Part shown: in pieces, positions 12,901 through 25,221 of the stretch
Layout of the letters: every line of letters starts with the position of its first letter
Position numbering within the stretch: the first letter of the stretch is position 1
NCBI GenBank assembly: GCA_009103225.1
Contig: RHPI01001715.1
Location: 516,099-580,098, forward strand
Source of the DNA: Chlorokybus atmophyticus
Taxonomy: Eukaryota > Plantae > Mesostigma and Chlorokybus algae
DNA length: 64,000 nucleotides
Direction: 5' to 3'
Position numbers and translations under genes: made by a program
Notes under the pieces: model-generated
What the model was told of the DNA's origin: nothing
Seen by the model: the letters and a program-made list of their open reading frames with translations, nothing else
The model's database searches: none

Positions 12901-15298
12901 CTAATCGGGAGGGGCAAAACATGCATCACCAACATACCGAATTGGACATCACCGATCGTCAATGGTCGGACGGTCTAAAAGTAGTAGTATCAAAAAGCTT
13001 ACCTGCTTGCCTTCTCCGCCTGATGCTGCCGCTGCCACGGGCTTGGGCTTCTTCTGGCCAATCGTGCGCTGAGAAGTCTGAGCATCCAAAGGCTTGGGCT
13101 CCCCCGTTTCTTCTGCTCATCACACGCACGCAAACAAGAAAACAATCCACACTTACGTCAAGGCCTTGCACGCTATACTTCAACCACATCATTGCGCGAC
13201 ACTTCCTCTCACCTTCCATAACCCGCTCCTCCTCTTTGTGCCTCTCCTGCTCCTCGTGCTGCTGGTGCTGCAGCTGCTTGTCGCCCAGGCCCTTGCCCTG
13301 CAGGCCCTTGGCCGCGTGCTGAGGCTGTTCGGGCTGCTGATTGCGTTGGGTGGCATCGTCCTCCGCCGCCGCCAGTGGGATGCTCGCCGATGGTCTCTCA
13401 TCTCCCTCCGCTGTGGCGCTGAGCTCCTGCCTGAAGCGACACGTGTGTGTGCATGTGTACATGCGTGTGTTTGTGCATGTGCGCGCATGTGCGCGTGTGC
13501 GTTGGTGATTGCAAGGAATAATGTGTTTGTTGTATGAAGACTGCCTCTACGATTGTCAGCTTGACCAGCACACTGCTTACTTAATGGCGCTTTCTACTCG
13601 TTCGCCATCCGCAGAAGACTCAAAGGCAGCTGTAAGGACATGAAGTATGAGGTTATGCTACCATGTGTGATAGTTATAGCGTGTCACATTGATAGAAAAT
13701 CAATGCTCACGCACAGCTTTTCTCATAGCTGTCCGAGCTTTGAGTTTTGGCCTTTGTGGGCTCTGCATCAGGTCCTCTCTTTGCAACTTGTATGGAAAAG
13801 TCCTGCAAACCAACCAACACATGTTGTAAACACAATGTGTGCCAATTGTAGCTGCGTGTTGCATAAGTCTGTTGTTGGTCTTACTGGCAAGGGTGCAGTG
13901 GGGCTGCTGAGATAGAACTCGAAGTAGTGGTCCATGCACGCCTGCTTGCTCTTTGTGGCCACGTGCTCCGCCACCTCTCCCCAGTTGCCCATACCGTACA
14001 TCTCCACGCCCTGTTGGCATGAAGATGAGTACAGTGCACCCACACACTTCCCTTCAAGTTGGGGTAGGAAGGCATTCTTCTAACCTCCAGCAACAGCAGC
14101 TCTTCCTCGGCCACCCATTCGGGATCGAAAAGAGCAAAGCTGATGTTGTCCTGTAAGCGGGCATTTTGATGAACTGCAACCATGCGTTACTTATGCGCTC
14201 AAGAGTGCGTGTGATTGTGCGTGCCGACACGCGCTCATGTGTGTATACGTGTGCGTTCGCATACACATGCACGCATGCAGGCACGTGCGTTCGCGTGTGT
14301 GCGTGCGTGCGTGCGTGTATGTGTGCGTATGTGTGCACGTGTGCATGCAACATTGCACTCACAACTAGGCGGTAGGGGTGGTGGTTCTTGTGCGGCGTGG
14401 TCTCGGCGCCAACGGAGAAGCAGTCCAGGCAGAGATCGTAGTCGGGGCATGCCGCGCACTTCACGCGCACGCTCCCACTCACGTCACGCCCGCAGTAGTT
14501 GCAGTGGTACAGCGCACGCTTCGCCTCGCCCGCCGCTGCCACACATAAACAAGACACGCAAGAAGTGGATGTTTACTACCCGTTAGTTTACTACCCGTTG
14601 GTCATTGGTGTACACCTCCACAAAGTATCACACACGGTATGGTAACAGTCAAAGATTGCATATGAGCATGTCCACACTGGGCTCTTGACAAGGTAACTCT
14701 CCTTACGGCATGCAAGCTACGGCCATGTCAAGCTGCAGCTCAAGCCTGTTCTTACCTGAGCGGGAGTCTTCGCTGCCGGCTGCGAGTTTCCTCTTCTTTG
14801 TTCTAGGTTTAACAACCAACAGGTCAATTGAATTATACAAAAGTATGCTTGCAGGTTGTGAATGGTGTGGACATTGCGCATGCGTCGTGTCGCAACTGTG
14901 AGTTGTTCGCGTGCAAAGATTAATCGGGTCCGCAATGCAATATGGATAATATTGGGAGCATCACAGCTTTTGATGCTGCGTTAATGACAGGCACTACTAG
15001 TACAATTTACTATTTAGAATTACCAAATATTTTCATGACCTTATTCCCGTATTGCGCTGTGCGCAGTGATGAAAGCATTGCAAAGCAACGGGCAACTAAA
15101 GTGCAGCCACTAAGTTATGCATGCTTGCCTACTGCATGCACACTTCATGTCAATAAGTGCAGCGCAACGCCACGTGCACGTCGCACGTACATGCAGCTGA
15201 GTACATTACACAAGCTAGTTTAATACAATTGGCAAATGCGGCATGAAACGCCTCTCTTACCTGGACCCAAAGAACCCCATGTCCTCAAAGCCGCCCAT
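9936..15298 (-). CDS. ADA2: Transcriptional adaptor ADA2 (SAGA HAT module), multi-exon
   Basis: ZZ finger YHCNYCGRDVSGSVRVKCAACPDYDLCLDCFSVG; SANT WVAEEELLLLE/GVEMYGMGNWGEVAEHVATKSKQACMDHY; GYNAKRNEFDPEYDNEAEVPLADMEF; YNMRLDERMRRKAFVIERGLL; RIEELKEYRSMGIRTLAEAE; SWIRM LPVQYLAIK..RVYDLLLARSGWI. The first exon is in frame but tentative. Confidence 0.92.
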
Positions 15299-15653
15299 GT
15301 TGCTGATCGAATATCTTCACGCCACGTCGTTCTCCTTCGTTCTCTCCTCCTGCTCTTGCTCTAGGGCAGCCGGCACCGCCGGCGGGCGGCACAGGCTGCC
15401 ACGTGGCAGTGCCGCCAATACCCTCATCTTGACTCTGGACCCCGCTCAACCCGGATGTATTCTCGACTGCCTCGAGGCAGAGATTGAACCCGGATCAAAT
15501 CTTTCGCGCGCGAAACGAGCGAAGTGACGCAACAAATGAAAAGTGGTTCGAATAAACAAAAAAACATAATTGTAATCCAAAGCAAGAAGAAGCAGCGCGC
15601 AGAAAAGCTCGTCTCTGTGCTCGTCGTTGACGTGTGCGGGGAGGTCAGCAACC

Positions 15654-17378
15654 ATGGCGGCGGCGGTGGTGATGTCGACTTGCTCCGGTGCGTGCATGTC
15701 GCTGTCCTCCTCTTCCTCCTCCGCCTCCTCCTTCCCTCTGCGGCTCGGTCCGGCCAGGACAGAAGCCAGCAGGCCCTCCCTGCGCCCCAAGCTCAAGCAG
15801 CAGCGCACCCCCAAGCTGCAGGTGAGCTCAGGCGGCGGCGGTGGAGGCGCTGCCGGAGGAGGTGGAGCAGGAGGAGGAGGAGGCTACGGAGGTAGCGGTG
15901 GAGGAGGAGGAGGAGGCGGCTTCTCCGGCGACTTCAACGGTACTATTGCTGCTGCTCTTCCAGTGTGCATGCAATGCTTACGGCTCTCTGTCCAGCTGAG
16001 CGGACAACTGCTTGAGCAATGCAGCTAAGCTCAAACCCTGATTCAAGCCAGCTGTATTCTTGGTGTATTATTTAGCATTGGTGAATAGAAGTCACTGTCA
16101 TGTCTTGCTCTTGAGCTTGTGCTGCGCATTGTGCTCTGGCAGCTGGCACTAGCAAGAAGGGTGCACACACGCGCACAGTGACTCACTTGTTTTCTGCTAC
16201 GCAGAGGTGCCCGCCTTCAAGGCCTACAGCTTGTCCGTCGCCCTGCTTACAGTCAAAGGGGTAAGCATGCAGCTGCTTGTACTACATTCTGTCACCAGCA
16301 ATGCACAACAGCAGTACGGTTTGTCCCNNNNNNNNNNNNNNNNNNNNNNNNNNNNNNNNNNNNNNNNNNNNNNNNNNNNNNNNNNNNNNNNNNNNNNNNN
16401 NNNNNNNNNNNNNNNNNNNNNNNNNNNNNNNNNNNNNNNNNNNNNNNNNNNNNNNNNNNNNNNNNNNNNNNNNNNNNNNNNNNNNNNNNNNNNNNNNNNN
16501 NNNNNNNNNNNNNNNNNNNNNNNNNNNNNNNNNNNNNNNNNNNNNNNNNNNNNNNNNNNNNNNNNNNNNNNNNNNNNNNNNNNNNNNNNNNNNNNNNNNN
16601 NNNNNNNNNNNNNNNNNNNNNNNNNNNNNNNNNNNNNNNNNNNNNNNNNNNNNNNNCCCTTTCCCCCGTCTTCTTTCCCCTTAGCCAACAATTTTCTGCT
16701 TGGCAGTCTGCTTGTCAACACACCACTAATGCGTGTGTGCGTGTGCGCAGCTGGTGCTGACCTTGTATGCCGGCTACCTGCGCTCAAGCACCAATGCATT
16801 CGTCTCTGCCGAGGACAAAGTCCTGGCCAAGCCCGGGGCGAAGCTGGCCACCGCTGACCCTCCGGAGGTCATCCGTGTCAACCGCACCATCGGGGTACGC
16901 TCGCACACGTTGGTGGTGGTTGATGGCATGCACATGTGCAGATGTGATGTGCTCTCATACTGTCGTGTTGCCGCAAGCAGAACCTGAGTTCCAACCTGCC
17001 CTTCTTCATTGGCTCGGGCCTGCTGTACGTGCTGGCAAAGGGTCCCGCGGCCTCCACACTCCCCATCTGGATTTACACCGCGTCCCGGGTCATCTACAGT
17101 ACGTGCACACGCACACAAGGGCTCGCCAACATGTGCATGCGCTTGCTCGTGCATGCACGTCTGGCCGCATGTTGGCATGCGCGCATGTGCGCGAGTGCCA
17201 ACAAACATGACCCCCACGCTTAGTTGTCATGGCTTTCTTATTGACACCGGCTTGTTTCTGTTGTGTAACAGGTCTTGCGTATCTAAATGCGTGGCAACCC
17301 ACCCGCTCGTACTCCTTTGGTGTGGCGACAGTCGCCAACCTCTACATGGGCGTGCAAGTCCTCCTGGACGCACTCTGA
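15654..17378 (+). CDS. MAPEG family (MGST1/mPGES-1-like) membrane protein with a Ser/Ala/Gly-rich, transit-peptide-like N-terminus; interrupted by an assembly gap in an intron
   Basis: AFKAYSLSVALLTVK, NAFVSAED..DPPEVIRVNRTIG|NLSSNLPFFIGSGLLYVL, YTASRVIYS, LAYLNAWQPTRSYSF...QVLLDAL*. This is the four-helix MAPEG pattern. Confidence 0.75.
16328..16656. other. Assembly gap (N run) flanked by short C runs
   Basis: N characters in the sequence. Confidence 1.
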
Positions 17379-18296
17379 ACTCACATCTGTCTCCTCTCTG
17401 CTCCTGCACTGCAACACGTAGCATGCTTGGGGTCAGCAGAGGAGTAATGTGAGTGAGTCTGGAGCTTGAAGCATAAGCGCACAGCGGGGGTGCTGGCGTT
17501 GCTTTTTTATTGACACAACATCAACACATAAGAGATATGTCCACACAAGTTCTGTAGAAGTAGTCAACTCGCACTGTTTTGCCACATGCGTTGCTGTCTG
17601 ATGCCACACAAAGAGCGTGCACTTGTGCGCCTTTGGGTGCTGTTATAGGTTGAGCCAAGCTGAGCACAACAGCCTTTGAGACTTACATCATTGGCGCGGT
17701 CATCCTTCGTTATATTGCCATAGGCAATGTAAGCAATGCAATGCCACCAGTAATTTACTCGTTTCCCAAAACGACAGGCTTACGTCACACGACGGGCTCA
17801 AACACCCTACCAATGTGAATGGCAGCACTGTGACTTGATCATCTGATTCAGCACGTATATACCATTACCCGCACAGTACACTGAATGGGCATGCCCCTCT
17901 CGCATTTTCTGTACAACACCATTGCTTTCATATCTAAACCGCAGGCATTACAACACCAACGCACTATAACAGGTTCACCACCACCACCACCAGCTGCTGC
18001 TGTTTGTTGTTTAATTGCGCCAAGCCATCTCTGCCACCCACACTCCACCAACCACCAATAACGGTTCCCTTATTTTGCACGCGACACAACACTTTTCAGC
18101 CACACACTCGCTTTGTCACCGGTTGCAACGCTTGCACACCAACTACAAGCTACAAGTCGGGTTGCTTTATGCAACTCTCCACTGCATGCACCAACAACAG
18201 CTGCTTGCTGCTGGTGCTGGTGCTTCTCGTGTCGTCGTTGTTGTTGTCGTCGTTGGCCTTGTCGCTGTCAGTCGGTGCCGGCGTCGTCGTCGGCGC

Positions 18297-18838
18297 ATGG
18301 AGCGTCTGAGCCTCCGTGGTGGTGGTGGTGCTGGCGGAGGCGGCGCCCACCACGCTCAGCAGCAGCAGCAGCAGTACTTGTTTCAGCAGGCTGCCGGCGG
18401 ACTTGAAGCCCAAGCCCAAGCCCAAGGACAAGGACACGGAGGACAAGGACAAGGACACGGAGGGGGTGGACAAGCACAAGGAGGACAAGCAGGAGGAGGG
18501 GGAGGGGGAGGGGGAGGAGGCGGTGAGGCGGCGGCGGTGGTTGTGTTCCAGTGCGGTAGGTGCCGTGCTGTGGTTGGCGACTCGACGGCGCTGGTGCGTC
18601 ACCCGCTAGCGCGCGACCTCGCCGCCATCACACTACACGGTACGCACCACCAACCATGACGCCAAGGAGGAGGAAGAGAGAGTTGTTAGCTGCTTCACTA
18701 CATACTTTACCCTACATGACATTGCCAACTGAAGCAGTTAGCAGTTAGCACTACGTGATATGATGTGATGGCATTGTACTAACTGGTGTGGCGAATTAAC
18801 ATGTAGGGTATGCACAACACAGACCATGAGTAGGGTCC

Positions 18839-18933
<95 letters not shown>

Positions 18934-19972
18934 NCAAGCACCGTGTGTGTCATGCATGCGTGTAGCGACATCCAACATGCTGCCGCCAACCTATGGGTTG
19001 CCAATGCCAATGTTGTGTTTGCGCATGCGCGCAGCGGCTTCCAACATACAAGTGGCGGACAGCACTTGTCCGCAGGCGTCGACTTCGGGTGCGGACGCCG
19101 GCAGGTTGGGGACTGTGTTGTTGTGCATGCCATCATCTCTGGCCCTGATGTTGTTGGTTGGTTGGTTGGTATGCAATGCCAATGACACCCCGTGACCCCG
19201 TGCAGCACGTACCTGGTGCTCAAGTGCAAGGCTTGTGGAACTGCTGTCGGGAGAGTGTACCGAGCCACGCCGCGCCACCTAGATGTCATACGGTACAACT
19301 CGACTGTGTGTTGCTATGATTGTGGTTGTTGCTGTTGTTGTTGTTGTTGTGTTGCATGTGCACAGTCAATTCATAACTAGTGGTCTGTGTTTGGCAGGGA
19401 CATGCTTACATTCTCCACGGACGCACTTTGCAGGTGTAGTGACATACGTGCATACGCGTGTATGTGCCTCTGCGTGTGTTGTTGTGATGCACACCGTGCG
19501 CATCTCAGTGCAAATCCGACACTGAGACATATCAGCAAACACAACAATGCTACAACAGATAACAAAGGCACACACATGCACACATGCACACACGCATACG
19601 CATACGCACGCACACGCGAGCACGCACACACACACACACAACAGTAATTATGCGCCGCTGTTCCACTGCAGTTATCAGATCGGCACGAGCGAGGTTATGG
19701 GCCGAACCGACCACGTTCCCAATCCACATGATTATCAGCGCAAAGTCACGCATCAGCGGCCGCCATCATCACCATTCGGGCCGTTATTGGACTCGCATGA
19801 CGACGACGATGATGTGGATGCGTCGGCCGCGCGCGTGCTCGTGCTGGAAGAACAGCTACTCAAAGCGCAGAACTTGCTGCTGCTGTACAATGAGCGACTG
19901 GAAAGACTCGAACAACAACAACAACAACAACAACATCATCATCACCAACAACAACAACAGCAGCAGCAATAA
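18297..19972 (+). CDS. MIS18: Mis18/Yippee-like Zn-binding protein with a C-terminal coiled coil and poly-Q
   Basis: VVFQCGRCRAVVGDS ... GADAGSTYLVLKCKACGTAVGRVYRATPRHLDVIRDMLTFSTDAL.SYQIG, two CxxC pairs, then LEEQLLKAQNLLLLYNERLERLE. Confidence 0.8.
18840..18935. repeat. Poly-C tract of about 95 nt in a Mis18 intron
   Basis: Seen directly; contains one N. Confidence 0.9.
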
Positions 19973-20270
19973 CAGCAGTCTATGCTGTATGGAAGTGGCC
20001 AACATCAGCTGGTACAATGACTATATGAAGTTTGATACCCCCTTGTGACGGAGTATGATAATACAATAGCGACTAAGACCACAAGTGGTAGGCTACCACC
20101 ACGCACGAGTATTCCCCGAGTATCTTACAGGTTTGTGCTGTACTCACAGCACTGAGATAGTTAATGTTACTGACTGCTTACAGAGTGCCTTGTCGGCTGT
20201 ATCCTATCGACTTTGCTTTGTTTGTTATGTTGGTTTGTTGTTTGTCGATATGACAAGAGGCAACTCATGC

Positions 20271-21889
20271 TCATGAGATGGTTCCTCGTCGTCCGTGGCG
20301 TTTGAGCGACTCGTACGCCTGTGGCATGACCGGCAGCGCCTGCGGGCCCACCGAACGCATCACGAGCTCCAGCCATACGCTGTGGTCGGGACGCACTCTG
20401 CGGAGCGGATGAGGAGGAGTTAGTGGGAGGATCGGTGGGCCCGCAACATGTGTACGTGTAAAACTTCAGAGTGCAAAGGTGTGCAATGTCAACATGTGTA
20501 TGCACACATCAGAGGGATGGGTGATAATTGAGGGAGTGTGGCTGCACGTGTCCGTGTGCACAGTCCAAATGCTCGCGCAAGGACACGCACATGCGTTCGC
20601 GTCCGCGCTCACATGTACATTCAGGCGTCACGTAGCAACACTCAAACACACGCACACATGCACACAACCACGCCTGCCAAACATGCCCTTTTCAAGTGAC
20701 TCCAAGCCCCCACTCACTTGCATATGCCTCCTGCGCGTCTGTCGGCCCGCTGCCTCGTCATCTTTGGCGGCGGCGGCGGCGGGCTGTCCATCGGCGACAT
20801 CGGCGACACCGGGGTGGGGTCCACGACGCTCCCGTCCTCGGGCTCGCTCGGGACCACCACACTCATATTAACCGCACGCGGCGCAAGCTGCAACATGGGG
20901 ATGGTCAGCACCACCCTACATATGATACCATACAACATTCACACTGACCATGCTTGTGCGCGTCGCTGAGGGCTTGCTTGCAGCAGCCTTCAGCGGCTGT
21001 TTTGGCGGGTGCGGGTTGGGGCTGAAGTGCTGTATGCCGATGTAGTGAGTCATTGCGCCGGAACGACCGCGCACGGGGTGAAGCATCAGGCGGTTGTACA
21101 ACCTCTGTACACGTACACTTTGTGTCAAACAACGGAACTCTCATACACATGTGAGATTGATGTTGACATTGTTGTTACCTTGCCGGTCTTGCTGTAGTTG
21201 ATGACCTCCCCGTCGAAGCTGCGGCCTTCGCGGAGACACTCGCGGATCTCATCCATCGTGTCCGGATCCGTCTCCTCGCCTTGCAAGAACCGACTGCCAC
21301 ACACAAGCAAGAGATTCAGGCACAACCAGACATGTGACACAACAACCCACAAACCAACACAGACCACCGCTCACCAGTTTTTCCCGAGCACATCCTTGGG
21401 TCGGTACCCCGTCTGTTGGAAGAACACCTCGTTGGCATACACGAGCGGGTGATCACTCAACTCCATGTCCGCCACACACAACGCCAGTGGACTCCTGGCC
21501 AGCAGTGCCCCTAACACAGCTCTCGCTCCAGCATCAGGACTAGAGGGGCCTTCAAGCCAACACTCCTCCTCGCAGAACTTCTCCTCCATGTCGGTGGTGA
21601 CGTCCTCATTGTTGTTGTCTTCGATGTTGTTGTTGTCGTCGTCGAAGAGGGAGTTGGTGCGGGAAGGGGAGAGGGAGCCGTCGCTGTGGCTGAGAGGGGA
21701 GGAACCGAACACCTGGGCGATGTCCTCCGGGATGGCCTCATCGGCGTTGGAGGTGGAGTCGAGGTCCGGGTCGCGGCGACGGGTGATCTCCTCGCTGTGA
21801 CGGGCGGGACGAGTCTGCGTGTGATGTTGATGTTGGGTGTCTTTCTTTTTACACCAATCGCACACTCTTACACACCCACCTTTGCACAT
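20271..21889 (-). CDS. Single-LOV-domain blue-light receptor of ZTL/FKF1 type, with a probable degenerate F-box and no Kelch repeats
   Basis: Spliced exons (21375|21293, 21179|21104) give LLARSPLALCVADMELSDHPLVYANEVFFQQTGYRPKDVLGKNCRFLQGEETDPDTMDEIRECLREGRSFDGEVINYSKTGKRLYNRLMLHPVRGRSGAMTHYIGIQHF, with the photoactive Cys intact. The 3' exon 20397-20271 follows a CTAAC branch point and cag acceptor. Confidence 0.85.
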
Positions 21890-22589
21890 ACAGACTCACA
21901 ATCCCTTTCTCTCGTTCACATGTGACTCAAGGACTACTACTGGAACACAAGGCTGATCCCTTCCCCATGTGCGTGCTTTGTGTTGGCCCAACCAATATGG
22001 TATCAACAGGCAAAATTTGTTGTCTGACTTGTACCTGTAGGTGTTCCTTTGTCTTGAGAGGCCGCAGCCTCAAGTGTGCTAACAAGCCCCCCGTCATTGT
22101 GTATGTGCTTGTTTACGCCAATGCCCCCTTTAGGCTTTCAACAAGGCCCAGCCCCTTGTTGGACTTGCCCAACCTAACACAGATTGTACCAATCAACACC
22201 TAACACCAGACTGCTAGCGGTACTGCGGTATGTAGCACACAGTCACTATGTGGGCCCCCTATCTCCTGGTCTGTGTGGTATTGGTTGAGTAGTCAGCCCC
22301 AGATACAATGAGAGTCTTGCTGCTACTGAGCCACCGTGCACCATACACAACCAGCAACACGACCTTGCCCTTCCCGCCTTCTACACTTTGACTGTTGGCC
22401 TAGCCTGGATGCTAGCCTCCCAGATGTACCCTAAAGCTCTTGGCCTTCCAACCCAACAACACCAACACCTGCGACCCCACCTCTCCGCCCACTGGCCACC
22501 GCCTCCACTCCGCCACTGAGTTCAGCCCCAAAGCGCCCCCCCGCGGCTCCCGATTGCCCACGTGGTCGTCTGCGCTGCTAGGCTTCTGA

Positions 22590-22675
22590 CCTGGTCTTGG
22601 TCCTGTGGCCTGGGTTTGGGCAGAAGCCTGGGGCTTTGGGCCTGCTGGGCCTGAGCCTGGCTCTGGCCTGGCCAG
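22590..22675. repeat. CCTGG/GGCCT pentamer-like degenerate repeat upstream of the LOV gene
   Basis: cctggtcttggtcctgtggcctgggtttgg...gggcctgagcctggctctggcctggcc. Confidence 0.6.
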
Positions 22676-23492
22676 ACACCCGTTTTGGTCGCCAACTGAT
22701 GTACGTTCGCGCACGGACCGCGCAGACCCTTACGTTATGAACGACCGTTCGTGCGCTCAGAAACGCGATCAAAAATAAAGCATTACGTCAATCAACCCTC
22801 TGCGTATGCATCATTACCAGCCCGTGCTTCACAGCGCTTTCAGGGTTATCAGCTCTGTGCAGCCGAGTGCGTAGTTGGCGGTTGGTTGATTACGGTGCGC
22901 CGTATCAATGTGTCGCACGGGGGGTGAGCTCTGTCCCCGTTCTGTCCCCGCTGACAGAGCGTTGTTCATGCACACACAGGCCGGCGGTGCCCATGCATGT
23001 GTGTCGACTTGTCAGGCGGGGACTGGCGACGGGCCGCCTTGCCGTTACAACTTGCAAGTACATGTATCGGCATTGACCGAACGGTTATTGCCCAACTTTG
23101 AAAGAACCGTTCATGCCTGAATGAATCAGACTGTGTCTCAAATGAAATACCATTACCGGCAATTAACACTACTGATTGCCGGTGTTACTGGTTACTACTC
23201 CCGGTTTTATTTGCCGGTATCAACTGGCTGGACCCAATGTGGCTCTTTTTCTTCATTGGCTAAAAGTGGCCTCAAACAAGCCTTTGAGGCCATTTTTAGC
23301 CAATTATTGTTGAACCCCTTAAATGAGCCACAATTTGACTCAATTGTATCAAACCTGAGTTAATGAAGCCTTAATATGGCTTTTTTAGATTCATTAAAAT
23401 ACTGCTAAACTGTTTCATACATAATCATGTATTTAACAATGTTTAACATATACATTGCGAAACAGCTGACGTCACTTTCTCTCTCCCCCCCC

Positions 23493-24213
23493 NNNNNNNN
23501 NNNNNNNNNNNNNNNNNNNNNNNNNNNNNNNNNNNNNNNNNNNNNNNNNNNNNNNNNNNNNNNNNNNNNNNNNNNNNNNNNNNNNNNNNNNNNNNNNNNN
23601 NNNNNNNNNNNNNNNNNNNNNNNNNNNNNNNNNNNNNNNNNNNNNNNNNNNNNNNNNNNNNNNNNNNNNNNNNNNNNNNNNNNNNNNNNNNNNNNNNNNN
23701 NNNNNNNNNNNNNNNNNNNNNNNNNNNNNNNNNNNNNNNNNNNNNNNNNNNNNNNNNNNNNNNNNNNNNNNNNNNNNNNNNNNNNNNNNNNNNNNNNNNN
23801 NNNNNNNNNNNNNNNNNNNNNNNNNNNNNNNNNNNNNNNNNNNNNNNNNNNNNNNNNNNNNNNNNNNNNNNNNNNNNNNNNNNNNNNNNNNNNNNNNNNN
23901 NNNNNNNNNNNNNNNNNNNNNNNNNNNNNNNNNNNNNNNNNNNNNNNNNNNNNNNNNNNNNNNNNNNNNNNNNNNNNNNNNNNNNNNNNNNNNNNNNNNN
24001 NNNNNNNNNNNNNNNNNNNNNNNNNNNNNNNNNNNNNNNNNNNNNNNNNNNNNNNNNNNNNNNNNNNNNNNNNNNNNNNNNNNNNNNNNNNNNNNNNNNN
24101 NNNNNNNNNNNNNNNNNNNNNNNNNNNNNNNNNNNNNNNNNNNNNNNNNNNNNNNNNNNNNNNNNNNNNNNNNNNNNNNNNNNNNNNNNNNNNNNNNNNN
24201 NNNNNNNNNNNNN
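23493..24213. other. Assembly gap (N run) between a C run and a (TA)n/(TATG)n microsatellite
   Basis: N characters in the sequence. Confidence 1.

Positions 24214-24283
<70 letters not shown>
24214..24283. repeat. (TA)n/(TATG)n microsatellite
   Basis: Seen directly. Confidence 0.95.
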
Positions 24284-24285
<2 letters not shown>

Positions 24286-24912
24286 TTTTACAACACTGCA
24301 TGCTTTGCTGCACTTCAATATTTATTGCTTCCACAAGTAACAATTTGAGTAGGCGAACAATTTCTCAAGTACAATGTTATGTGAATATTATTACTTTACT
24401 GCCATAATAGCCTTCATAAATCAATGATTATTCGTATGCTTGGCCAACACAAGCAGAATGACAAATTATGCGTAAAGCGGGCTTAACAACTGTAATCGTT
24501 AATTAGTCGTCTATGCACATTATTGTTAATAACGATATGAAGTCACTTTATATGATTATCGGATAATCAATGTCTACAAGATAACATTTAAATTTATGTT
24601 ACGTATATATAGTACGAATATCTCCACTTCGCTTTGCACATCATTGAAAAACAGACATGCGCAGCCACTTGTGCAAAAGTACAACAAAATCACTAGCACA
24701 AGAAATTCTTTGAAAGGAGGTCATTTACATTGAAACATGCCTTATATTATTTTCCAACGAAGATAATAGCATGTTCGTAGTTATCAACCACAAGCATCAA
24801 TTGCAATAGTTTCAATAAACATTGAAAAGATGTTAATGCATGCACAAGCATACATAGCAGCTTTAATCTCATCGACCATCGCATGGTGGGATATCGTTAT
24901 TATTCATTCAGA

Positions 24913-25221
24913 GTGCCCCCCTGATATAGAATTACCCCACTATATTTCAAGGGGGGCACACTATTAGGCTGTACTATGCCTCTTTCTCGTATATAATGCC
25001 CCCCTACTATAGGATTACACAAGAACTACAGTGAGTTACCGTTTTGTTACATGTTCAACAACAATAACAAGTTGTTGCGCTAAATACGGCCACATACAGT
25101 CAGTCAGCATGATTTGGAAGTAATACAATGCCCCTTTCGAATAGAGTGCCCCCCCACATACAACTAATCTCAATGAATTGGGAGGGGGGAGGGGGTGGGC
25201 AGTATGTTGGAAGGGGGCACT
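24913..25221. repeat. Two related GTGCCCCCC...GGGGGGCAC inverted-repeat units, possibly a decayed DNA-transposon/MITE relic
   Basis: 10-bp perfect arms at 24913-24922 and 24950-24959. A second unit at about 25145-25221 has AGTGCCCCC/GGGGGCACT arms. Confidence 0.5.

Noticed and set aside
23405-24407. Long ORFs in the ORF track here, and at 16207-16857 and 48954-49784
   Set aside because: They are artefacts of translating across N gaps.
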